Assembly (NCBI GenBank): GCA_043228905.1
Contig: JBHGNT010000015.1
Span: forward strand, 18,786,001-18,850,000
Source of the DNA: Azolla caroliniana
Taxonomy: Eukaryota; Plantae; Polypodiophyta
Direction: 5' to 3'
DNA: 64,000 bases
The notes under the pieces are model-generated. The model saw nothing but the letters and a program-made list of their open reading frames with translations, was not told where the DNA came from and ran no database searches. Shown here in pieces: positions 1 through 11,362 of the stretch (its first letter is position 1; every line of letters starts with the position of its first letter). The position numbers and the translations under genes were made by a program.

Positions 1-240
1 GGAGCTCTATTCCAGATGTTCTCTTATCTGTGCACAGTTAAAATATTTGCTAAAACTGATCAAATGTGGTATGCATTCACCCTTACTATTTTTATGTTTT
101 TATGTTCTTGCTGAATAATTAATGTTACCTGGTGTGATAGGAGCTCTATTCCAGATGTTCTCTTATCTGTGCACAGTTAAAATATTTGCTAAAACTAATC
201 AAATGTGGTATGCATTCACCCTTACTATTTTTATGTTTTT
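1..240. repeat. Intronic tandem duplication (~100-bp unit, period 139)
   Basis: GGAGCTCTATTCCAGATG...TTTTTATGTTTTT at 1-101 recurs at 140-240. Only the second copy is followed by the AG acceptor (243-244). Confidence 0.9.
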
Positions 241-244
241 GTAG

Positions 245-1836
245 AATGGATATGGGAGTGTGTCCTTAAACAATATCTTCAACTGGCCCTTTCAGTAACA
301 TTAGGTGTGATGAGCTTTGCCCTTCTGTTTGCTGAAGCCACACTACTTCCAAATGTGGATCTCTCTCTATTTTCTTTGTTTATAAAGGCAGTGGGGAAGA
401 AAGAGATACTTGTGCAGGTATAACTGCAACTTTTATGTGTACCAGTACTGCCATAGAGGTTCTAACATATGTTTTTGTGTGAGATGCAGACAATTGCATT
501 TATTCCTTTAATGTATATGTGCGCATGCACATACTTCTCTCTTTTCAAGTTGGGAATGTTCACTTTCTATTATCTGACACCAAGATACACAAGCTCTGTT
601 AGCTTGCTGATGATATGCTCGTATGTATTGCCGATCAGGATTGTTTTGTTATCTTGGTTTGCACTCTAGTAAACTAACTTGTGTTATGGTTTAATTAGAA
701 TGGTAGCTAGGTATGCAGCACCAATTGCATACAATTTCCTTAACTTGATTCGGCTTGGTGATGGTGCTGAGACCACATTTGAGAAGGTGGGTTATCAATC
801 ATGGGAGCAATTGAATGTGATTCCAAATTGAATTCTAGACTACTCATTGTCAAAGGTACTGTTTCAGAGAATGGGGAAGATGGATGATGCAGCACCCTTT
901 TTCAATGATCACTTCAATAAGATATATCCTCTATTTATGGTTGTCTATACTATCTTGATTGCAAGTGGTTTCTTTGATCGAATCATAAATTTCTTTGGTA
1001 GTTGGCGTAAGCTTTTGTTTAAAACCGAGAGTGAAGATGATGATGGGTTTGATACATCTGGCCTGATTATTCTTCATAAAGGTCAGTAATATTTCGTCAC
1101 AAATTGATTATGGCATATGCATATTTCACTTAAACAACCAGTATTTTATAGAAAGGGTATGGATGGAGGAAGGGTCTAGTATTGGGGAGAATGTAGTACC
1201 TCTTGCAAGGAACTTCGGGAACCTTAGTGGGGATATTGAGGCAGAGGCAATTTTAATGGTACGTGTTTAATGTTATTATGAGCATTTTGTTCTGGGCCCA
1301 AGCATTATATTTTCATCTGCCTTTGGTTTCAGAAATCAGCTGCATTCAAAGGGAAGGATGAATTACCATCTCAGTCTCAAGCAGTATTTGACAAAAATAC
1401 CCCAAGGGCCAATAGCAACATCAACTCAACACACAGAGAGGATTCCCGCAATGCATATTTAAATAGGAGTTCTACTGCGGCCAAATATATTTCTGGGAAA
1501 AATAAATTGCCATTGACTACTACAGAATCAAGATCACATCTAACGAGTACTGATTCTAGTACAATTAATGCTTATACTGAGAGGGCAGATACTGATACTA
1601 CTGGCTCAAGATGGGATTATTTCAAATCAAGCTTTCAGGATCTCAAGTTTACTCTAGCTGGCAAAAGGTTTGCGCCCTTAAGACAATTTGATGAGTCTCA
1701 TCCACCCAAGCCCCAGTCTTCTTCAAGTGAAACTTTGGATTATATTTTTGAGAATCTGAGACGAAAACCTAGTGATCGAGATTTTGATGATGGCACTATG
1801 GATTTGAACCTTCTAGATTCTTCTACTTCAAAGTAG
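245..1836 (+). CDS. LMBRD2: LMBR1-domain membrane protein (LMBRD2-like), last six exons; 5' part lies outside the window
   Basis: GT-AG exons at 245-417, 490-620, 699-786, 868-1081, 1152-1258 and 1333-1836 (TAG) splice in frame. The product reads WIWECVLK..AEATLL..PLMYMCACTYFSLFKLG..SMVARYAAPIAYNFLNLI..TTFEKRMG..FNKIYP..ERVWMEEG..VVPLARNF, which I recognise as the plant LMBR1-like family. Confidence 0.88.
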
Positions 1837-4017
1837 TCCGACATCTCTTCATTTTTTTCAGAAGATTCAGCTCTGATTAGTGTCACAAAGATTTGATGCT
1901 TGTCTCCAGCCAGTTCTGTGTTATGACAAAGGGAAGATGGTTTAACAAGAAGCTAAACTACAATTTTTGCTGCGCCAAATACATTCTCAAAATCCTGTAT
2001 CAAGTTGTCTATACGCGCAAATCCTTCGAGAATGGGATCTATATAATCTTGTTTACTCCAACACTAAACAAAGCAAACACTATTTATACAAGATAGGAAG
2101 GAGAAATGTTTCTCCTGTATATCATTAACTTATGAACATCTTGAACCCAAATGTGAATAATTGAAAGCCGAGGCATGTGTGGCAGATACTCTCCATTTAA
2201 TTATAGTGTTGTCATTTGCAAGTTGTTTTTAATTTGCTTATTTTTTTCGAAGGTAATAGGTATGGTTTGGAAAACGGGGTCTGATGGTTGATGCACAATA
2301 TTTTATCTTTTCAGAACTGAATTTTCAGTTTTGCAAAGATCAAATGAGTACCCTACACATCCAATTCTAAATGTGGGATGTAGAGGGTACTCATTTTACA
2401 AAGGATTGATAGTATTATTCTTGTTCAAACTTTGTTCATCCATGCTACAATATGGAGTTTTCATGTGAATGGAGAAGAATAAGCATGGATGTTTGGAAAG
2501 GCTGTGGACATGGATGCACAATGTATATATATGGCTCAATTTAAGAAGGCGTTTGTGCATTAACAAATACAGATGTAGGTGGGCAATCAAACTAGTAAAT
2601 TGTACATTTTGAAGATGTACAGGCATATTCAAACTCGTTTAGTCATGGATTTTTGTAAAGAAATTATTACCTAATAGGTTTCTCAAAGAGATGCTCTTAT
2701 TGGCATTTGGGAAGATAGCATTGGTGCAAGATATCAATCCTTGGCAAAATGATTACCCTGTAGATACGATATGTATATATAGATGATGTAATGGCAACAT
2801 GCCCTGTCTTTGTTTAAGTTACAGATATGATGCGGATATAGAGGATAAAATGGCAACAAACTCTGAAATAAATTGATCACATGAGGTGAAGATGGATACA
2901 TGTAATAAACAGTTGCACTAGTGCAAAATGATCTCCCATCTTTACTAAAGGTAAAGATATGATGTGAAATATACAGAATGTAATGGCAAGATACCGTCCA
3001 ATAAATTGTGAATATGAGGTTTATGCAATTCATTTTATATGCGTTTTTCTATTCACATGCCCTATCTAATATCCAAATCTCAAAAAAAAATCTCACATTT
3101 GAGTGCAGAGTTTGAAACAGCTATAACTTCTGCAATGCACAGATGGGCTAGATTGCAAAATCTCCCTTTCAATCACTTGATAATTTTTTCTGTTTATGCA
3201 TATATTAGAGGATCCATAAAACTCAGGTTCATTAGTTAACAGAAATACAATTCCCATCTTTCAAACAAAACGTAATACATACTTCACATAAAGGGCATTG
3301 GTGTTGTGAGATCATTATTGCTGAGTATCAACATAAAACCAGCAACCAAGACAGGTATGAAATAGAAGTCTTATTTGATCTTTTCATTACATCAAATATC
3401 CTCATTGTAAACCTGAGCTAATAATTATTTTGTTATCAGCACTCTTGACACCTATATTATACATTTCAGTATTTTTAACAGTTACAATCACAGCATCAAT
3501 TCTGCTTGGAAATTTTCTAATTTAAAAATTGACTCTCATAGAGTTTCTTTCCACATTATCGAATGTTGAAAAGCCAAAAGGTAAGAAAATAATAACCGAG
3601 TATCAAGAACTCTGAATAGTCACCAAGAACATGAAAATGATTTTCAAATAAAGCAATCAGCAATCCAGCTCAATGAAACCCCATCACAGATAATCTTGGT
3701 AGAGCCCTCATGTAGTCCTTTTTCACTTAATATAAATAGGGCTGTGTCACAACTAAATTCAGTTGGGCATATGTTGAGGTATTAACTTAAGAATTACAAT
3801 GCCATCCAGCCTTATATGATCTATACCCATCATCTCTGCGCCATGAAAAATGAAGATATCTAGCTTGCTTGATGGGATCATGTCCAACATTCAATAATGT
3901 TTTTTTTTTGGGTTTTTACTACTTATTTTACCGACTTTGTTAAGAAAAAAATGTTTGGTACTCCAAACATGTTAGCCTTTCTATAGCAAGACCAAAATGT
4001 TTGATATTTTAGTCTTT

Positions 4018-5337
4018 CTATAGCAAGACCAAACCCAACGCTGATGGCTTCATTGCAGCATTTAACCGATAGTTATAAAGATAGTAGTGAAGATGGCCAT
4101 CACCTGGACCAAATTTCAGATCTTTCAAAAAAGACTGATTGTGCATGATGTCCAATGCATTGAACACATCATATTTCTCACGTTTTGCCACAATTAATGC
4201 ATCATTCATGAGCTGCAGCAATGGAGTCTTAGTTGCCACATTGTAATATGAATAAGCTGCTTTCAGATCAGTATGATTCTTATTGCCAAGAATCGTAGAC
4301 GGAAGTGTGTAAAAGCTGCAAAAATCTGTGATTTCTCTTGATTCCGGGTCTTCGACAACATAGCTGCTTATCACATTCTCTATTGGCAGCAACCAATACT
4401 CCACATCTTTATCAGAGAAATCCGGCGCAACAACAAACTGAGCGAGATATGCTTGTAAAAGGCGGCGGATGGCAGGCACATCATGCCGTTCCATCTGTCT
4501 GAACCCAGGTGTGACAGTGTTATCAGGCAATCGATAAAGCTTGATAGTTCTACTCATAGTCATGCGAGCCCCAAGTCGAGAAAAACCCACATCTATAAGC
4601 TTCTTAGGATTCAATGAACGATGCCAATATTGGCAAGTGACAATTGGTGTTGGAAGAACAACACCTGCAGTGTATACTGCTTGCCATATATTCTCTAAAT
4701 GAACTCTTCTAGTAACTTCTTTTATGAGTACGGGAGCTAACCTTTTAGACCTTAGTTTCTTATGCACACATAGGAAGTTGATCTCAGCCATCAATATAGT
4801 TCTGTCCCGGACACGGATTCGGGCTGGTACTCCACTAATGAATGCAACTAGTTTCTTGTTTGCTTGCCCTCGGACTCCAATATGCCAGCTTGTGAAATAC
4901 CCTGGAGGTTGAAGGGCCCATCTGAGAAACTCCTTTGAATAGTTAAACCTAAACATGTTCTCATCATCTTCAACATAGTTTGTGCTCAAAAGGCTATAAA
5001 TCTCAGCTGCAGTTTCATCCGAGCTCACATCACATGTACACCATTCAAAGTTTTTTGGTAGATTGTAAGGCTCCTGCTTCACATCCGATACATCTTGTGG
5101 TGGTTCAATTGGCCCTTCATCGAGAGATTTGTCTTTTTCTTTATCACCGAATTGTTCAACAGGTTGTGTTTCCCAGAAAGCATGTTTTTTATCAAGGTTC
5201 ATGGACTTTTGAAGAGTTTTTGCTAACTCTTCAACTGATTTAGATCCCATTTGCATCAAGCTTTCATTATCTCCAGGTGTGGATGAATCGTCTGAGTTTG
5301 GGTTCCCATTGATATGGCTACTTTCAGCCCCAGCCAT
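4018..5337 (-). CDS. NMT1: Glycylpeptide N-tetradecanoyltransferase (N-myristoyltransferase), 439 aa, intronless CDS
   Basis: Hallmark motifs HAFWETQPV, YVEDDENMFRFNYS, EINFLCVHKKLRSKRLAPVLIKE, KFGPGDG and C-terminal GLVLL. Confidence 0.97.
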   Translation of the reverse strand: MAGAESSHINGNPNSDDSSTPGDNESLMQMGSKSVEELAKTLQKSMNLDKKHAFWETQPVEQFGDKEKDKSLDEGPIEPPQDVSDVKQEPYNLPKNFEWCTCDVSSDETAAEIYSLLSTNYVEDDENMFRFNYSKEFLRWALQPPGYFTSWHIGVRGQANKKLVAFISGVPARIRVRDRTILMAEINFLCVHKKLRSKRLAPVLIKEVTRRVHLENIWQAVYTAGVVLPTPIVTCQYWHRSLNPKKLIDVGFSRLGARMTMSRTIKLYRLPDNTVTPGFRQMERHDVPAIRRLLQAYLAQFVVAPDFSDKDVEYWLLPIENVISSYVVEDPESREITDFCSFYTLPSTILGNKNHTDLKAAYSYYNVATKTPLLQLMNDALIVAKREKYDVFNALDIMHNQSFLKDLKFGPGDGHLHYYLYNYRLNAAMKPSALGLVLL

Positions 5338-5345
5338 GATGTAGT

Positions 5346-6193
5346 CTATGAATTGACACGATCAAACATCATGAAATAAAAAATGGATCAAAACAAGAAG
5401 CAAAAGTAGAAACATAGAACTAAATGTTCATAGGAATTTATAGAAGAAAACAACGGCGGTAAAACTAATTATGTAAAGCTCACTAAATGCAAAACCAGCA
5501 ATAGAATAACTGGTGCAAATCAGAAACAAAAAATATATATGCAAAAAGAGCAGCAAAAATTAAATGATTGTTCATTGACTACTCAGTGAATGAACATGGA
5601 GAAAAACGGAACAAATAAAGGGGCAAGCCTAGAAACATAAATCTGAAAACTAATAAGGACAATGGAACAAATAAATAGATACAAAGAGCCAAATCCAAAA
5701 GAAAACTAAACAGATAAAAACAACATGACGCAATACTAACCACGTAAAAAACTAAATATAAAAACCGGCAACAGAAAACTAATGATGTGGTATATGAAAT
5801 CCCATCATTAGAAAAAGAAAAACTAGATTCAAAATACCAAGAACACTGACTCATTAAATTATCAACAGAGATACGATAACAACAGCGGAAAACTAGCTAA
5901 AAATGCAAAAATAGCAACAGGGATCTAGCGAAAAACGCAAAAAAGAACAGAAAAGAAGAAATGAACCATTCAAATCAAAATGAAGAAATGTGAGGAAAAA
6001 CAAGATTTTAAATCCAACCCCTAGAAATTATTCTCTAGGGTTTCTGAAGATACACTAAACGTGTTCAAAAAGTCGATTCAATCGATGTATGAACGAAATA
6101 AAAGAAGAAGAAGAAATGAAAGAGGGAGGAGGAGGAGGAGGAGGGGGAGGAAACGAAGAAGAAGAAGAAACAAAAAGAGGCAGAAGATCTTAC
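5346..6193 (-). other. Putative 5'-UTR intron of NMT
   Basis: On the - strand the donor is GAG|GTAAGA (GT at 6193-6192) and the acceptor is TTCATAG|ACTACATCATG, 8 nt before the ATG. The sequence between is T-rich. Confidence 0.7.
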
Positions 6194-6367
6194 CTCGACT
6201 CAATCGATCTGAAGAAGAAAACCCAAGTCTGTTTCTTGGGAACTGAAGAAGAAGAAGAAGACGAAGAAGAAACAGAACAGCCCACAAAGAGGAGAGAGAA
6301 GAAACTTAGGTTAAAAACATGTTTCAAAGTGAGGATGAGAGAGAGAGAGAGAGAGAGAGAGGGTTTA

Positions 6368-6400
<33 letters not shown>
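6194..6400 (-). promoter_or_regulatory. Putative NMT first (non-coding) exon / TSS region with (CT)n tracts
   Basis: (GA)n runs at ~6337-6400 on + give a CT-rich leader on the - strand, as is common in plant 5'-UTRs. Confidence 0.5.
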
Positions 6401-6404
<4 letters not shown>

Positions 6405-6475
6405 TTGAAGAGTGTTATTATGGGTCTAGTGGTTTATTGGCAACTTGACCTTGAGGTCCTTCCTTAGACCCGGAG

Positions 6476-6933
6476 TCTAAACTTCGGTGGTGATGAACTG
6501 CACTCTCGTAGATTAGCCAAGGGTGTTGTGAGAAAATATCCTGATCGGGTCTTCTTGAGGTGTTTCAGTGTATTGGCCCATTAGCTGCATGCCAGTTCTC
6601 TTCCTTGTCAATGAGCTACTGCGAATGATGGACACCACGTGTTGTATCTGGGAGCTTCTTCGGCACAATTGTAGACATTTATGTCCCGCGTACTTGACCT
6701 CAACAGTTCTAAACTTCAGTGAACTGCACTCGTAGATTAGCCAAGGGTGTTGTGAGAAAATATCTTGATCGTGTCTTCGTGAGGTGATTCACTGTATTGG
6801 CCCATTAGCTGCATGCCAGTTCTCTTCCCTGTCAATGAGCTACTTCGAATGATGGACACCACTTGTTGTATATAGGAGCTTCTCCGGCACAATCGTAGAC
6901 ATTTATGTCCCGCGTGGTTGACCTCAACAGTTC
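6476..6933. repeat. Tandem duplication, 2 x ~230 bp
   Basis: TCTAAACTTC..GAACTGCACTC..GACCTCAACAGTTC occurs at ~6476-6708 and ~6708-6933 with scattered substitutions. Confidence 0.85.
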
Positions 6934-7298
6934 GTACATCATATGTATTCTTCCCTCACAATGTGGCCTACCAATCCCTCCAGTCTTTCATTTTTGGAGA
7001 CTTGATATGGCTAGCCGATCTCTTGGATTCGTGAATAATGGCATGGGTTCGCCACTTATGCATCTGTTCGTGTGTTAAGTGTCACTCATGTGATCCCCTA
7101 GTTCGCATCACTAATACAAACCTTCAATTCTAAGTATATATATATCATCTTAGTAGCCTCTTGTTTTATCAATAATAGTTGGTCGATTGTACTCCACATG
7201 GCTCCTTGCTGAGTGAAAACATTATTAAAGTCCTCTTTCACTACCTAGTCCCATAACATTTCTTCAAGAAATGTTCTGAACCACCTTTGATTGTTGGC

Positions 7299-7706
7299 TT
7301 GGTGGTTTACAATGTAGGATCAAAATTGTAAAATATAAGAGAACCCAAGGTTAATCCTCACCATGTGCTAAAACCCACCTCATAGATCTCAATCACTCTC
7401 CCCTACATGTTAAAAATATAATTGATGGAGTCCCCTTGGTGGTTTACAATGTAGCATCAACATCATAAGATTAAGAGAACCCAATCTTAATCCTCACTAT
7501 GTGCTAAACTCCACCTCATAGATCTTAATCACTCTCCCCTGGATGTTAAGAATATAATTGATGGAGTCCCCTTGGTGGTTTACAATGTAGCATCGAAATC
7601 ATAAAATGAAGAGAAAACAAGTTTAATCCTCGCTATTGGCTAAACCCCACCTCATAGATCTCAATCACTCTCCCCAAGATGTTAAAAATATAGTTGATGT
7701 AGTCCC
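7299..7706. repeat. Minisatellite, 3 x ~136 bp
   Basis: TTGGTGGTTTACAATGTAG... starts at 7299, 7436 and 7572. Confidence 0.9.
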
Positions 7707-8719
7707 GTCATCCCTATACTTAACTTTGTAGCCAATGGAATTTCTTCATCAGTAGAGTAACTAAGGCACACACTATGTGCCTTGGGAGTCTCACATATGC
7801 TTGCTAGTGTTTTCTTTAGTCCCTCACAACAATATTAATTGCATGTTGTCAACACAATGAACTAATGGTATACTTCACTCTAGTTTGTAGATGGGAATCG
7901 AGCAAACACACACCCTGTTGTTAACGAGGTAGACAATGATGGGTGCTTCTATTTTACTTAGGTCTTTCTTATTAACAAAAACTCTATCCGTTCTCACAAA
8001 TAGGTGATCTTAACGTTAAAGGCACTCAATTGTTAGTTTAAAGACTTAATTCTTATACAATTAAATGAATAAACAACTAAGGAAAGTATAAGGAAATCAA
8101 CAACATAAATGGGACCTCGATATATTGCGACCATAACACTCAAATCCATACAACACATTTTTCACTAAATGGGGTAAACAAGTATTTCGCATGAGTAATC
8201 AAGTTAGAGAAATAGGTGCTATTATATAGAAGGGTAACAACACACTCAATATTTTGTTACCTTCTTCAGGCCTAACACACATTTCTAGGTGACCACCAAA
8301 GCCAAGGAACTTTTGGTTGGTTGCATTATCATCTAGGATCAAACCATGAGGGGCAACACTAGCTGATTTTAGTGACCCTGCCAATTTGTTATATATTTCC
8401 TTTGGGGGTATTGTATCTTTGTCTATGGCCAAACTGCAACCCCATAAGGAATATGTATTTCGGATAAATAGGACACATGTCCACTAATATAAATTGTTGG
8501 AACTATATGAAGTAGGATATAAAATAAAACACTGAGAATGGGAAGTTTGGGAATATGAACATTTATGATTACAAAACGTATTAAGTACTTAAAGTGAGAA
8601 GTGAATTTTGGAGTGTAAGGTCATGAAACATGAGTAAGAAAACGTAAAGAGTCATTCTATGTGAGTCTCTCATCAATGTAGTGTTTCCCACCTTTTCCTA
8701 TTTAAACCTTGGTTTTAAA

Positions 8720-8990
8720 GTTCGACGCGGCTTGAGTGATTGGGACAATACAAATGCATTCTACAATGGGTTGGTTATACATGCTCAAATTGTTGAAGAC
8801 GGTTTTGATGGGCAAGGATGTTGGTTATATGTTGAGTATGGTCTTCAATACATGCGGAACTAAATGCAAACATGAAGTTTTCAGACTACCAGCCAGGGTG
8901 GACATCCAAGAGCTTTAGTATATGCGGAATCAAGTTCAGCCAACTATGTCTGTAACATGAAGTTTTTAGAGACCCTGACAAGGGGCAAAG
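8720..8990 (+). pseudogene. Possible degenerate PPR-gene fragment
   Basis: Frame-broken GLVIHAQIVEDGF..(KDVGYML..CG)..HEVF(D)RLP resembles PLS-class PPR motifs. It is short and eroded. Confidence 0.3.
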
Positions 8991-9036
8991 GAAGATGTGA
9001 CACTAACTTGTTTTCACATGCTAGAGATTGACAGTA

Positions 9037-9473
9037 TGTTAAGAATTAGGTAAGTAATTAAGAGTTAATTAATACCTAATTATGTGATTAAGTTAAGTGC
9101 AGAAGATTATGTGATATGTGTGTGAGAGGAAGAGAGAGAGAGGAGAGATACACTTATGAACAACACAAGATGGGGGATGAGTAAACTAGAGTGTATATTA
9201 TAAAATATCATCATCAAAATACAAAAATACCTACAATGAGGTATATATAGATTTCATGTGCAAGGGTGCACATGTGTGAGAATAATATAAGTACAAGAGT
9301 GTAAGTCCTATATTAAATGTACTTAGGAGTGGAGGATTTGGAATATCCCACTTAAGTACACGGTCCTATTTAAGGCGTTATAGTCAACACTTCTAACTAG
9401 ATTCTATCTAGGTAACTACGAAGTTACATGGTTGACTAAATAACTAACTCTAGTTGAGCTTGATCTCTCAACA
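9037..9473 (-). mobile_element. Old solo-LTR-like repeat; related partial copies at ~10680-10840 (same strand) and ~11095-11395 (opposite strand)
   Basis: TG..CA ends (TGTTAAG..CTCAACA) with imperfect flanks CAGTA/TGGTA. Shared blocks: CTAATTATGTGA..GAAGATTATG..GTGTGAGAGGAAGAG..ACACTTATGAACAA, and CATGTGCAAGGGTGCACATGTG (reverse complement near 11130). Confidence 0.5.
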
Positions 9474-10849
9474 TGGTATGGTCCCCGATTCTATCACCTT
9501 TATATGTGGTCTCCTAGCTTGTCGTAGCAAAGGTGTTATTGGCAAAGGCTGAGAGTTGTATTCATGGATTATAATTATCGTTATCTTGCCAAATGCCATC
9601 GGTTATATTTGGTCTTTTCGTTGATGATATATACTTGTGGAGATGAAACAATATTATATACTATTTGTATAGTGCCTCTGGCCTTTTTAATTTTTATACC
9701 AATGGAGCATATGTTTTATGGAAAAAGAATATGAAGAAGAGGGTTGGTTGTCCCTTTTAAGAGTATTTGTTAGTCATTAGTTTATGGTAATCCTAATCGT
9801 CAAGCTTAGTTTTGGAGGTGGGGGAACCATTTTATACTCTCCCTTTTGTATCTAACCACTTGACTACTAAAACCTTCTCTCATTTAAATATATACTTATT
9901 TTCTATTGTCATTAGTAATATCACAATATGAGCATATGTGCATTAACCATTTAATTAGTCCATTGGTTGTCGACCTAAGTGGGGCCATGATCTCAATGCC
10001 CCCATTACAACCACAAGTAACATTCCAATGCTCATTTGGTGGGTGGCCTATGTTAGTTAGTGAACCAATCATTGAGCGAGGTTGAGAGTTGCTCATTCTT
10101 GGATTATCATCTCGACTTTATTCATAGTAGGCAGGATGATTGGCTCCCTTGTAGAGATGCTTGAGCTTACACTTCAAGGTTTTCCTTTGAAGAGAGGCCG
10201 CTCTCTCCCAAACTAATTTTATGAGGGAGAGAGGTCTCACCATAGAGGATGAGGGGTAGATGTGGGAGACATTGGGACGTTGTGTGATGGGGCATTTTCT
10301 TGATGGGGATCTCAATATTTGAATAATGGATCTGAAGGAGATAGAAAAGCCTCGTAAATAGAGTCTCAAGAACTTCTCAAGATGTCGTAATGAAGGGGGT
10401 AACAAGTCCCCTTTGTATAGCCCAACACATAAGGCTCCCAAACCACCGAGAGTTCCCACATGTCTTAAATCCTTATGGGTTTGTCCAAGTTCCTAGGATG
10501 AGTGGTTCCCCAACTATCCCATCGTTAAACAATTGAAGTTAACCTTATAGTTGATTATCAAGGTTATGCTTTCAACATGTACTAGGTAAGAGTCAAGACA
10601 ATCCATCAACTTTGGGAAAGAGCACTTTGTGAAGTTTTCACTGAGGTTAGAGTATGTTCGGATGGATAAATGCCTACTATTAATAATTAGGTAATTAAGC
10701 AAGGGTTAATTAACGTCTAATTATGTGAGTAGTGATAACGCGGAAGATTATGAGAGATGTAGGTGTATGTGTGTGAGAGGAAGAGAAAGAGAGGAAGTTA
10801 CACTTATGAACAATAATATAAATGGGGGATGATTAACGAGAGTTACAAG

Positions 10850-10900
10850 CTCCCTCCCTCCTTCTTTGTGTAGTCTCTCCCCCCCCCTCCTCGTCTATGT

Positions 10901-10947
<47 letters not shown>

Positions 10948-11072
10948 TCTAACTAATTTGTAACTTTGAAGTTTTTCTTTAACCTAACTAGTAAACCACA
11001 TAAACGGCTTAGCCGGCTTAACCGGTTTGGCAAGGCTCAAGCCGAGCCGAGCCGAGCCGTTGCCGATCCCTA
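10850..11072. mobile_element. One end of a hAT-like non-autonomous DNA transposon
   Basis: The terminus reads TAGGGATCGGCA on the - strand (Ac/Ds-like TAGGG start), with subterminal GAGCC/GGCTC repeats and AAACGG at 11002. The partner end was not found. Confidence 0.45.
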
Positions 11073-11286
11073 CCCACTACCAAACCCATTTTAAGATAGG
11101 ACTTATACCCTTGTTCCTATACTCTCTTCCCACATGTGCACCCTTGCACATGAGATGTATATATACCCCATTGTGGGTATTTTGTAACTTGATGCTTATT
11201 AATATAAAGAAAAGTTCTTTAAGCTATACTATTGCATTAATGGTTCATTAAGTGTAATTCCTATCGATCTCTTATTAAACTTCCCC

Positions 11287-11287
<1 letters not shown>

Positions 11288-11361
<74 letters not shown>
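11288..11361. repeat. (CT)n(CA)n microsatellite
   Basis: Read directly. Other microsatellites: (CT)n ~10904-10942, (AAT)n ~14170-14195, (GA)n ~14208-14249, (TACA)n ~15393-15440. Confidence 0.95.

Positions 11362-11362
<1 letters not shown>

Noticed and set aside
6061-6448. Low-complexity ORFs (poly-E/G/R)
   Set aside because: These are translations of the GA/GAA microsatellite-rich NMT leader region.
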